Positions 7,990 to 16,736 of a DNA stretch of 32,000 nucleotides are shown here, piece by piece. The stretch lies in NCBI GenBank assembly GCA_000387965.1, contig APJZ01000002.1:160299-192298 (forward strand), in the 5' to 3' direction. Source of the stretch: Candidatus Nanobsidianus stetteri. GTDB taxonomy: Archaea > Nanobdellota > Nanobdellia > Nanobdellales > Nanobdellaceae. Both the position numbers and the translations under genes were made by a program. Numbering within the stretch: the first letter of the stretch is position 1; every line of letters begins with the position of its first letter. The notes beneath the pieces are model-generated. The model was not told the DNA's origin, did not search any database, and worked only from the letters and a program-made list of their open reading frames with translations.

Positions 7990-8413
7990 GTTTTAGATTA
8001 AAAGTATTTAAAAGTTTTTATTATTTTTATTACATAGAGATTTCTTAATCTTACAATTGGAAAAATATCTTTGCAACTTAATATTTAATAATTTAGGTTT
8101 TTTAACTTAGTAGTCAGTATAAGAAATCTATAACATATTTTAAATTTACAATATTCTATGGTTTTTCAGGTTATTATTTATTCATTAATCGTTATATAAA
8201 ATTTTTCTATATTCTACTGGAAAAACTGTTATTTTTAAGTTGGCTTATAGTAGATTAGAAAAAGATTAAAGTATATTTAATTCTTTTTTTATTTTTGTTA
8301 TGTTTAAATGTCTAGAATAGCAGAAAAATATCCGACAAGATTTATTTTATAGAACTTTATATAATAGAAAAGAAACAGAAAAACTTTTAAGAAAAATTGA
8401 TAAAATTATAAAA

Positions 8414-9409
8414 GTGGGTGAAGCAATAAAGGCAATAAATCTTACTAAATCTTTTGGCAAATTTGTAGCTGTTGATCATATAAATTTTGAAGTTAAGGAA
8501 GGAGAAATATTTGGTTTTCTAGGACCCAATGGTGCTGGAAAATCAACTACTATAAAAATGTTAACTACTGTATTAAAACCTACTGAAGGAACTGCTATAG
8601 TTAATGGTTATGATATAATTAAAGAACCAGCAAAAGTAAGGAACTCTATTGGAGTAGTACCTCAAGAGTTTACTGCTGATGAAGATTTGACAGGATGGGA
8701 AAATATGATGTTAATGGCTGGGCTTTATGGTATAAAGAAAGATATAGCTAGAGAAAGAGCTAAGGAATTATTAGATATGGTTGAATTAACTCAAGCAATG
8801 AATAGAAAGGTACAAACATATAGTGGAGGAATGAGGAGGAGATTAGAAATAGCAATGTCTTTAATTAGTAGGCCAAAGATTTTATTCTTAGATGAACCAA
8901 CCATAGGTTTGGATGCTCAGACTAGAAGTGCAATTTGGAATTATATTATGAAGCTTAAGAAAGAATATGGTATGACAATATTTGTTACTACGCATTATTT
9001 AGAGGAGGCTGATCTTTATGCTGATAGAATAGCTATAATTGATCATGGTAAGATACTTGCTATAGGATCACCTAAAGAATTAAAAGAAAGTATAGGAGGT
9101 GATGTAATTACTTTAAATACTTCAAATGATGATGAAGCTATAAAATTATTACAGAATCTTGATGGTATAATTGATATAAAGAAAGTTGAAAATATGTTAA
9201 GGATAAAAGTAAAGGATGGAGAAGAAATGGCTCCTAAAATTCTTGAAAGATTAATAAAGAGTGGTTTAAAAGTATTAAAAATGTCAATAACAGAACCTAC
9301 AATGGATGAAGTTTATATGGAATATACAGGTAGAAAAATGAGAGATGAAGAAGCAGATTCGAAAGAAATATTTGCAATGAGAAGAACTTTAAGAAGAGCT
9401 AGAGAATAA
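8414..9409 (+). CDS. ABC transporter ATP-binding protein (ABC-2/DrrA-like)
   Basis: Walker A GPNGAGKST, signature YSGGMRRRL, Walker B ILFLDEPT, H-loop TTHY. There is a C-terminal extension of about 100 aa, as in DrrA-type ATPases. GTG start. Confidence 0.9.
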   Translation: MGEAIKAINLTKSFGKFVAVDHINFEVKEGEIFGFLGPNGAGKSTTIKMLTTVLKPTEGTAIVNGYDIIKEPAKVRNSIGVVPQEFTADEDLTGWENMMLMAGLYGIKKDIARERAKELLDMVELTQAMNRKVQTYSGGMRRRLEIAMSLISRPKILFLDEPTIGLDAQTRSAIWNYIMKLKKEYGMTIFVTTHYLEEADLYADRIAIIDHGKILAIGSPKELKESIGGDVITLNTSNDDEAIKLLQNLDGIIDIKKVENMLRIKVKDGEEMAPKILERLIKSGLKVLKMSITEPTMDEVYMEYTGRKMRDEEADSKEIFAMRRTLRRARE

Positions 9410-9411
9410 AG

Positions 9412-10299
9412 ATGGTTACAGAAATAAAAAAGAAAGAAGAGGATATAGATAGGTCTCCTTTTCATGGTTTGTGGACTTTAACAAATAGAGAGTTAAAGAA
9501 ATGGTATAAAGCTCCAGTAATCCTTCTATTATCCATTATACAACCAATACTTTGGATAGCACTCTTTGGGAAAGCAATGAACTTACAGGCTCTTTTCTCA
9601 GGTACAACTATTTCAATACCTGGGTTGAATATACCGAAAGAAATAATTGATCAAATTGGGCAAGAAATATTAAAACAAACTTTTGGAACAACAGATTATT
9701 TTTCTTACTTAGCTGCTGGGATGTTGTCTTTTATAACGTTGTTTACTTCAATGCAAAGTGGTATGTCAATGGTATGGGATAGAAGGTTAGGTGTATTAGA
9801 TAGGCTTTTAACAACCCCTGTATCAAGGAGTAGTATAATTATAAGCAAAGTATTATCTTCAGTAATTAGATCTTTAGTACAAGCTACCATTGTTCTAATT
9901 GTAGCAGTATTATTGGGAATGTCCTTTTATCCTGGAATAAATATCTTTGACTTTCTTGGAGCTTATGCTGCTCTATTTTTAATGTCATTTGGACTTTCTT
10001 CTCTATTTTTGATGATAGCTATTAGAGCAAGTTCGTGGCAGTCACAAATGGCAGTTATGAATTTAGTAAATTTACCATTACTATTTACTAGCAATGCATT
10101 TTATCCTATAAATTCAATGCCTTCCTGGTTAAAACCGATTGCTGAAATAAATCCATTAACTTATTCGAATGCAGTAATAAGAGGAATGTTACTCGGTATA
10201 CAAACAAACTTAATAATAGATTTTACATATCTTATAATATTTGCTACAGTTCTTTCTATAGCTGGTATAATTTTATCATGGAAGTATATTAGTTCTTAA
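9412..10299 (+). CDS. ABC-2 type transporter permease
   Basis: 295 aa with about 6 TM helices. It starts 2 nt after the ATPase stop, and size and topology are typical of ABC-2 permeases. Confidence 0.75.
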   Translation: MVTEIKKKEEDIDRSPFHGLWTLTNRELKKWYKAPVILLLSIIQPILWIALFGKAMNLQALFSGTTISIPGLNIPKEIIDQIGQEILKQTFGTTDYFSYLAAGMLSFITLFTSMQSGMSMVWDRRLGVLDRLLTTPVSRSSIIISKVLSSVIRSLVQATIVLIVAVLLGMSFYPGINIFDFLGAYAALFLMSFGLSSLFLMIAIRASSWQSQMAVMNLVNLPLLFTSNAFYPINSMPSWLKPIAEINPLTYSNAVIRGMLLGIQTNLIIDFTYLIIFATVLSIAGIILSWKYISS

Positions 10300-10335
10300 A
10301 AAACATTTAAGCACAAAATGATTTAAAAATTTCAA

Positions 10336-10899
10336 TTATTCAGAACTCCACCTTTCTATTATTTCTTTGTTGTCTAGAACTAACATCAGTTTACTCATGT
10401 TAGCTAAAGATCTTTCATGAGCCTGTTTGTCAGATGATGATACAGCTTCTCTAGCTATTACTGGTAAGAATCCTAAAGCTTGTGCATGTCTTGCCGATGT
10501 TTCTACTCCAATATCTGTAGCAATTCCTGTGAAAACAATTACATTGATCCCAGCATTTCTTAACATAAGCTCAAAGTTAGTTCCTACAAATATAGAAGTC
10601 GTATTTTTATTTAGTATTATATCACTTTCTTTGGGATATACCTCTTTGACTATGTCTCCCGGATTAAATCTCCTTTTTAAATATGGAGGCTGAAATCTTT
10701 CTGGTAAGGGTGTTATCTTAGTGTAAACTATTGGAATATTATATTGTCTTGCAGAGTTAATTAATTCTTTAAGTTTGGTAAGAAATTCATCTTTATTAAA
10801 TATTGAGTTAACTAAAGCCTCTTGTACATCCCATACTACAAGAACAGAGTTTTTCTTATTTATCAACTTTTTCATTTCATCTTTATTATACCATTCCAT
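10336..10899 (-). CDS. Isochorismatase-family hydrolase (YecD-like subgroup)
   Basis: 187 aa. VLVVWDVQ is the N-terminal Asp strand. [21 protein letters not shown] closely resembles the [20 protein letters not shown] block that I recall from E. coli YecD. Confidence 0.7.
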   Translation of the reverse strand: MEWYNKDEMKKLINKKNSVLVVWDVQEALVNSIFNKDEFLTKLKELINSARQYNIPIVYTKITPLPERFQPPYLKRRFNPGDIVKEVYPKESDIILNKNTTSIFVGTNFELMLRNAGINVIVFTGIATDIGVETSARHAQALGFLPVIAREAVSSSDKQAHERSLANMSKLMLVLDNKEIIERWSSE

Positions 10900-10953
10900 A
10901 AACTATATATTAATTCATAAGTTAAAAAATTATCATCAAACAAAAATAGAACC

Positions 10954-11871
10954 TTATTTAATATTCTTTAAAAATGCTTTTAGTCCCGCAATATTTTTAC
11001 TATGATAAGGATCTACATTATTCTTTTCTGCTAATTTTAATGTAAAAGTTCTTAATGATAATGTGCCTAAAACTAATTCTTCCATTAAATTTCTATATCT
11101 TAAATCAAATAAAAGAACATTATTTCCATACATTTCCAATAAATCTTTCATATAATTTATCCTATATTCAATTCTTTGATAATAATTAAATTTCAATAAA
11201 ATAAAATCTATATTTAATTTTGATATACCTTCTAAATCATGATGATTATATTCAGAAATTATTCCATATTCAGAGAACCATTTTGCATCTTCATTTAGAT
11301 GCATCTTCAATGCTAGAGCAACAGGTTCATGTTTTATATCAGTATAGATCATTATTGGATTTTTTACGTCATTTACAAATATTGATAAATCTTTTAATCT
11401 TTCTCTATAATTTTTTAATATTTCTAATAGTTCATAATATTTTTTCTTATCTAATATTGATAAAATTATTCCTAAAATTACTGGAAATGTATATCTTGTT
11501 GCTGGATAATTATTATCGATTTTTATATAATATAAATTTTTTTCTTTAGCTATTTTTTCCATTTCTCCTCCAGAAGAAATTGTTATAATTTTATTTCCAT
11601 TATTTATTGCTTCATTCATACAATTTAATGTTTCTTCAGTATCTCCAGAATATGAGACAAATATTGTTAACCAATCTTTATCAATAAATTTTGGTAAAAA
11701 ATAATCTTTACAAACAACTATTTCTCTATCATTTAATATTTGTTTTGTATAATCTCCATAAATCCCAGAACCTCCCATTCCAGATATTAATACCTTTTTA
11801 TAATCTAATTCTTCAAGATTTTCATATTTTTTAATTATTGAATAATAATCCAAATAAAATGGGTCATACAT
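10954..11871 (-). CDS. Bifunctional phosphoglucose/phosphomannose isomerase (SIS domain, archaeal PGI/PMI type)
   Basis: 305 aa. ISGMGGSGIYGD and VSYSGDTEETL are SIS-domain motifs, and the size matches the crenarchaeal/Thermoplasma PGI/PMI family. Confidence 0.7.
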   Translation of the reverse strand: MYDPFYLDYYSIIKKYENLEELDYKKVLISGMGGSGIYGDYTKQILNDREIVVCKDYFLPKFIDKDWLTIFVSYSGDTEETLNCMNEAINNGNKIITISSGGEMEKIAKEKNLYYIKIDNNYPATRYTFPVILGIILSILDKKKYYELLEILKNYRERLKDLSIFVNDVKNPIMIYTDIKHEPVALALKMHLNEDAKWFSEYGIISEYNHHDLEGISKLNIDFILLKFNYYQRIEYRINYMKDLLEMYGNNVLLFDLRYRNLMEELVLGTLSLRTFTLKLAEKNNVDPYHSKNIAGLKAFLKNIK

Positions 11872-11902
11872 AAAATAGAGGAATATTTTAGATATTATAA
11901 AT

Positions 11903-12109
11903 TTATCCTCCAGAAACGGAATCTAATATTTTTATATAATCTCCATCATTTATTATATCATCCTCTGTTACAATTTCTCCATTTTTTACAACAATAAATC
12001 TTGAAGGATCTAAGTTTAACATATTTAATAAATCTTTTACAGTATTTCCGTTAAATTCAATATTATTTTCAGTATAATATCTTTCAATAAATACTCTTAT
12101 TTTTTTCAT
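11903..12109 (-). CDS. ThiS/MoaD/SAMP-type ubiquitin-like beta-grasp protein (C-terminal GG)
   Basis: 68 aa ending ..ILDSVSGG. The pattern VVKNGEIV...D..I.DGD.I.I is typical of ThiS/MoaD-fold sulfur carriers. Confidence 0.6.
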   Translation of the reverse strand: MKKIRVFIERYYTENNIEFNGNTVKDLLNMLNLDPSRFIVVKNGEIVTEDDIINDGDYIKILDSVSGG

Positions 12110-12144
12110 TAATATTTTTTAAGCTTTATTCTTAAAAATCTTAA

Positions 12145-12552
12145 ATGAAAAAAGAGGATATAATAATATTTATTGTACTTACAGTAATATTTTTTGTAAT
12201 ATTTTATATAGCCTTTTATAAATTATTTGGCAAAAATATAGGAACTTCAAAAAATATGCCAATAAATATAACATTTTATCCAAATCCATATCAATATAAT
12301 GCAAATTATGTAAATAATACTTTATATTTAAATATAACTGATTATCAATTGCCATATATAAATACTTCCAATTTTATATTAAATATAACTGAGAATATAT
12401 ACAATTTAACATGTGGAAAAGAAATAATATATACAAATCAATCAGTATTATGCTATGTAAAAAATATAATTATTGAGAATAATACAATGATTCAATTATT
12501 ATATCCTTTCAATAATGTTTTATATAATATAGAATATAATATCACGACTTAA
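12145..12552 (+). CDS. Small membrane-anchored, sequon-rich extracellular protein (hypothetical)
   Basis: N-terminal TM helix IIIFIVLTVIFFVIFYIAFY, followed by about 9 N-x-S/T sequons in about 100 aa. Confidence 0.45.
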   Translation: MKKEDIIIFIVLTVIFFVIFYIAFYKLFGKNIGTSKNMPINITFYPNPYQYNANYVNNTLYLNITDYQLPYINTSNFILNITENIYNLTCGKEIIYTNQSVLCYVKNIIIENNTMIQLLYPFNNVLYNIEYNITT

Positions 12553-12585
12553 AGTTATAAATAATAATTTTTAAAAATTTAATAT

Positions 12586-12669
12586 GCCGCGGTGCCCGAG
12601 TGGCCCAAGGGGATGGATTGCTAATCCATTCCCCGAAAGGGGGCGTGGGTTCAAATCCCACCCGCGGCG
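12586..12669 (+). tRNA. tRNA-Ser (anticodon GCU), class II with long variable arm
   Basis: GCCGCGG...CCGCGGC acceptor with discriminator G. Anticodon stem ATGGA/TCCAT with loop TTGCTAA. Variable arm CCCC-GAAA-GGGG. T arm GTGGG-TTCAAAT-CCCAC. 84 nt, no encoded CCA. Confidence 0.92.
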
Positions 12670-12707
12670 TTTATTTTATAAGTAAATTTTACTAAATTAC
12701 TATAATT

Positions 12708-13580
12708 ATGTACCATCATCACGGAGTATCAATATTAGAAATTTTAATAGGAGACTTAGAAACAAAGAAAAATAAACCTAATTATGATAGTTCATATCTA
12801 AAGAGATTAGAAGATTTTTTGGAAAATAAAATAAAAGAGGAATATGGAAATATACCTGTAGTAGCTGCAAGTCTTCTTGTTAAACTTAATAAAAAAGAAA
12901 ACAATGAAATATCTAAAGAAAATCGTTGGTATGTTAGTAATAAAGTATTTGCAAAGTATTTTGAAGAATTGTTAAGATCGAAAACAAAATCTAAAATATA
13001 TCCTCTAATATCAGTTGAATACTTTAATGGATATCCTATATTAATAGTTGGGGAACCTGATGGATTAAGTTTTGAAGGTAATAAAGCAAAGATTTACGAA
13101 GTAAAGTCTTTTAATCTTACTGACTTTATCGATCATGTAAGAGAATCAAGGGAAGATATTTTAAATAGAGAAATTTTCAAACTAATAAAAATAAATTCAA
13201 TTCAATTAATGTTATATCAATATTTATTAAAGAGGACACAAGAATTTGGCTTATTTAATAATATAGATAAAATTAATCTTTACGAAAAAATTTATATTTA
13301 TTCTGAGAATATAGAATATCTGGATTGGGCAAGAGAAACAATAGAACAGAATTTTAATACAATTAAAATGATTGCAAAAGGATATAATACTTATAATTTA
13401 AGTTTAAAAGATAATTTAAGTTTAGAATATATAGGAACTATAAATATAAACAATAAAAGAATATATTATTTTGAAATTGATTCAAGAGTGGGGTATAATC
13501 AAAAAATAGTAAAATATTATCTAAAAAATCTAGATGGAATAATTAAATCTTCAAATCGAGTGGATAATAGAAATTTATAA
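12708..13580 (+). CDS. PD-(D/E)XK nuclease superfamily protein (Cas4/RecB-like core, no Cys) with C-terminal extension
   Basis: GEPDGLSFEGNKAKIYEVKS gives D-x13-E-x-K, followed by SIQLMLYQYLL (QxxxY motif). The protein contains no cysteine. About 120 aa after the core have no recognisable motif. Confidence 0.5.
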   Translation: MYHHHGVSILEILIGDLETKKNKPNYDSSYLKRLEDFLENKIKEEYGNIPVVAASLLVKLNKKENNEISKENRWYVSNKVFAKYFEELLRSKTKSKIYPLISVEYFNGYPILIVGEPDGLSFEGNKAKIYEVKSFNLTDFIDHVRESREDILNREIFKLIKINSIQLMLYQYLLKRTQEFGLFNNIDKINLYEKIYIYSENIEYLDWARETIEQNFNTIKMIAKGYNTYNLSLKDNLSLEYIGTININNKRIYYFEIDSRVGYNQKIVKYYLKNLDGIIKSSNRVDNRNL

Positions 13581-13581
13581 A
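13574..13581 (+). promoter_or_regulatory. TATA box (TTTATAAA) for the Lon-like protease gene
   Basis: Exact octamer 22 nt upstream of ATG 13604. This supports 13604 over the track's TTG at 13595. Confidence 0.4.
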
Positions 13582-13603
13582 GATTTCCTATATTTTGAAT
13601 AAA

Positions 13604-14926
13604 ATGAACAAAAGAATTATATTATATTACCTAATTGTATTATCTATAATATTATTAGGATTTCTACTAATATTATATAGTGAAAGATCTAATTTTTCAT
13701 ATAGTAATGAATATTCAGTATATATTCCTGCAGTTCTAAATCAATCAAATAATTTATCTGGAGAAGTTACACAGTTTTTCTTAAGAACATCTCCAGGTTC
13801 TGGAAATGTATATGTAAGCATTCCTCCAATATCATATGAAGACTATGATTTATCATATTTATTTGCAAAGGTTGCTGCATGTAATATATATCCCAATAAA
13901 TGTAACAATTATGATTATTATTTTAGTTCAAATGATGTATTGTTTGCAGAAGGATTTTCAGGTACTGCAGGATTAACATTACTTGTTTTAGAAGCCTTAT
14001 CAAATAAAACCGCAATAGTTAATTATCCAGTCACTGGTTTTATGTTACCAAATGGTATAATAGCACCTGTTGAAGGTATTAGATATAAACTAAATGCAAC
14101 TTTACAATATTTTCCATATATGGTAGCTCCATATTATAATAATTCTAACATAGTTCCTGTATATACAATACTCGATTTAGAAAAAATATATTTTGGAGAG
14201 CAATTTAATAGTACATATAATGTTCCTCAAGATTATATAGATGTTATGAAAAATATAACATATCAAATATGTAGTGGAATAAATAATAATACTGTAAATT
14301 ATTATATTTCTTTAGGAGATTATTATACAGCAGCAAGTTTATGTTTTGAACAAAAAGTTACTAATCCAAAATTTTATCCAAATATAACTAGAGAAGAATT
14401 GGAAAAAGATATAAATGATTTTTACAATTATATAAATAATTATCAATGTTTTGGAAATTATGAATGCGAAGAAATAAAATATCAAGTTATATCAAGGTTA
14501 GAAAATGCTAATGAAACTTTGGATAATTTACAAGAATCATATTGGAGATATTATTCGGCAATAGGTTGGGCTCAATTTTTATCAATAACAAATAATATAT
14601 ATAAAGAAAATGAATGTTCATTAATAGATCAACAATATACGCTAATGCAATATTTATATCAATATCAATTGCCATTAAATCTATCATGTTTTGAAAAAAT
14701 AGATTATTTATCCGATTTATATTATTTATATATAACAAATAGTACAAATTATGTTAGTAATGATACTATAAAATCGATAGAACAGTTAGATTATTATTAT
14801 TATAATAAATATGGATTTTCTATAACTTCCTATAATTATTTACAATTTGGAAAAGATTTAATAAATATGGGCAATATAAATTCTGGTTTGTATTATTTAA
14901 TATTATCAACAGAATATGCAATATGA
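13604..14926 (+). CDS. Membrane-anchored Lon-protease-like (S16-type Ser-Lys) domain protein, extracytoplasmic, sequon-rich
   Basis: N-terminal TM helix (ILYYLIVLSIILLGFLLILY). GFSGTAGLTLLVLEAL....VTGFMLPNGIIAPVEGIRYKL parallels the Lon GPSAG...TGEI...G.V.PVGGI.EK block. The Ser-to-Lys spacing is 43 residues, the same as I recall for E. coli Lon S679/K722. Resembles the COG1750-type archaeal serine proteases. Confidence 0.5.
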   Translation: MNKRIILYYLIVLSIILLGFLLILYSERSNFSYSNEYSVYIPAVLNQSNNLSGEVTQFFLRTSPGSGNVYVSIPPISYEDYDLSYLFAKVAACNIYPNKCNNYDYYFSSNDVLFAEGFSGTAGLTLLVLEALSNKTAIVNYPVTGFMLPNGIIAPVEGIRYKLNATLQYFPYMVAPYYNNSNIVPVYTILDLEKIYFGEQFNSTYNVPQDYIDVMKNITYQICSGINNNTVNYYISLGDYYTAASLCFEQKVTNPKFYPNITREELEKDINDFYNYINNYQCFGNYECEEIKYQVISRLENANETLDNLQESYWRYYSAIGWAQFLSITNNIYKENECSLIDQQYTLMQYLYQYQLPLNLSCFEKIDYLSDLYYLYITNSTNYVSNDTIKSIEQLDYYYYNKYGFSITSYNYLQFGKDLINMGNINSGLYYLILSTEYAI

Positions 14927-16064
14927 AATTGAAGTTGGAGAAAGAGTAAAAAGGGAAATAAAAAAGGGAAGGCAGGTTTTTTCTGTAAATTGGATTAAAA
15001 AAATTGAGGCAGAACCTGGTGAATTGGTTAAATTAAAATATAATAATAATTTTTTAGCTTGGGGGATAATAAATCCAAAGGATCAATATCATTATATTAG
15101 AATATTTTCATATAATGAAGATGTAGATATACATAATGATATAAAAGAAAAAATAAAGAAAGCAAAAGAATATAGAGAAAAAACAATAAATTATAAAAAT
15201 CATTATAGATTGATATATTCTGAATCAGATTTTTTATCAGGTTTAATTATAGATAAATATAATGATATATTTGTAATACAAAATTCAAATGCTTTTTTTG
15301 ATAAAAACATTAATATAATTAAAGATGCATTAATAGATGTATATGGAAAAGATATTACAATTTATGAAAAAAGTATTGGAAAACAAAGAGAAAGATCTTA
15401 TTTAAAACCTATAGAGAGATTTATATATGGAAATAAATATGAAACCGAAATAGAGGAAGTAAATAAGAAATTTTATATAAATATATTAAAGGGGCAAAAG
15501 ACTGGATGGTTTTTAGATCAAAGGGAAAATAGAAAGATTGTTAACCAATTATATGGGGATAGAATTTTAGATGTATTTTCATATTCAGGATCTTTCGGCA
15601 TAATTATTAATGGAGAAGAAAAATATTTCATTGAAAAAAGTAAAGAATCGATTAGCATGTTATATAAAAATTTGAAATTAAATAATATAGAAAATTATAA
15701 TGTAATAAATGGTAATGCATATAGAATATTAAAACAATTTTATTTAGAAAAAAGAAAATTTGATATAATTATATTAGATCCTCCAGATCTATTAGCAGAA
15801 AATTATGAAAAAGGAATTAGGAGCTTTATATTAATAAATTCCATTGCCTTAGATTTAATTGATGAAGGATATTTGATAACATTTTCATGTTCTCAAGATT
15901 TAAATGAAAGGAAATTTTATTCATTAATTAGAACATTAATAAGAAGAAAAAATAAGAAATTTGAAATATTATACAAATTTAATCAAGCTTTAGATCACAA
16001 AGTTATATTTCCACATAAGGAATTATCATATCTTAAAGGATTTCTAATAGAAATTAAAAAATAA
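14916..16064 (+). CDS. SAM-dependent RNA methyltransferase, RlmI/PUA-domain family
   Basis: 382 aa. TGWFLDQRENRK and IILDPPD are motifs of the RlmI-type (Methyltrans_SAM) family, and the N-terminus is PUA-like. The start overlaps the upstream stop by 11 nt. Confidence 0.75.
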   Translation: MQYEIEVGERVKREIKKGRQVFSVNWIKKIEAEPGELVKLKYNNNFLAWGIINPKDQYHYIRIFSYNEDVDIHNDIKEKIKKAKEYREKTINYKNHYRLIYSESDFLSGLIIDKYNDIFVIQNSNAFFDKNINIIKDALIDVYGKDITIYEKSIGKQRERSYLKPIERFIYGNKYETEIEEVNKKFYINILKGQKTGWFLDQRENRKIVNQLYGDRILDVFSYSGSFGIIINGEEKYFIEKSKESISMLYKNLKLNNIENYNVINGNAYRILKQFYLEKRKFDIIILDPPDLLAENYEKGIRSFILINSIALDLIDEGYLITFSCSQDLNERKFYSLIRTLIRRKNKKFEILYKFNQALDHKVIFPHKELSYLKGFLIEIKK

Positions 16065-16682
16065 TTATTTATTTTCTAATGTTTGTTGGATTTTCTGTTT
16101 AACTTGATTTATTTTTGTTATTCTCTTTATTTCAACGTTACTAACAGGAAATATTTTATTTAATGTCGGCTTTATTTCATTTTGTAAATCATAGTTTATC
16201 ACTTTCTCAATTAGTTCATAATATTTTAATGAAGAAACTTTCTCTTCTAAATATTTTCTATATACTTTTTTTATTTCAGTTCTTTGTGATCTATGTGCTT
16301 TAAATTTTGTAATAACCAATGGTTTTATCCTTACATCATATCCATCACTTGTTTTTACTATAAATGAATCTTCTATTTTTGATGTTCCCTTCATAGTTAT
16401 TCTCCTTATATATGATGGATATAACATTACCTCTTTTACTTCTGTATAAGCTTTTAGCCCTGATATTTTATTTATTTGAAATATAACCTTATAGTTCTGG
16501 TACTTAAAATTATTCAATATAAATGCAAGATTTAAATCTACAGTCCTTCCAACAACATTTTCAATATTATCCTTATTTACTGGTGTTTCCCCAATTTTAT
16601 TTTCATTAAATATTTCTACAGGTGCATATATATCTACCCATACTTTTTTACCCCAATCAGCATACTTTTTATTATATGCCAT
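16065..16682 (-). CDS. rps3ae: 30S ribosomal protein S3Ae (eS1)
   Basis: 205 aa. KKVWVDIYAPVEIF near the N-terminus and the overall size and charge match archaeal S3Ae. Confidence 0.85.
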   Translation of the reverse strand: MAYNKKYADWGKKVWVDIYAPVEIFNENKIGETPVNKDNIENVVGRTVDLNLAFILNNFKYQNYKVIFQINKISGLKAYTEVKEVMLYPSYIRRITMKGTSKIEDSFIVKTSDGYDVRIKPLVITKFKAHRSQRTEIKKVYRKYLEEKVSSLKYYELIEKVINYDLQNEIKPTLNKIFPVSNVEIKRITKINQVKQKIQQTLENK

Positions 16683-16736
16683 TTAATAAAATCATAAAAA
16701 ATAATTTTAAAAGTATTTTTATATTTAAATTACTTT

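Noticed and set aside
9126-9135. TGATGA-type C-box matches inside coding regions (9126-9135, 11239-11245, 18737-18745, 23351-23357, 30165-30171 and others)
   Set aside because: None is followed by CTGA boxes at guide-length spacing. They encode Asp/Glu-rich peptide segments or their antisense.
9705-9890. 61-aa minus-strand ORF inside the ABC-2 permease
   Set aside because: It is a nested antisense ORF, and the sense gene has clear family features.
10450-10520. Isochorismatase-family protein appears to lack the catalytic Cys (TDIGVE instead of TxxCVE): possible inactivation
   Set aside because: The same Gly-containing block is, as far as I recall, normal for the YecD subgroup. It is therefore a subfamily trait rather than decay.
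10427-11549. Plus-strand ORFs 10427-10693, 10775-11005 and 11220-11549
   Set aside because: They are antisense shadows of the isochorismatase-family and PGI/PMI genes, with no motifs and no promoter context.
14508-14747. 79-aa minus-strand ORF
   Set aside because: It is nested antisense in the Lon-like protease gene.
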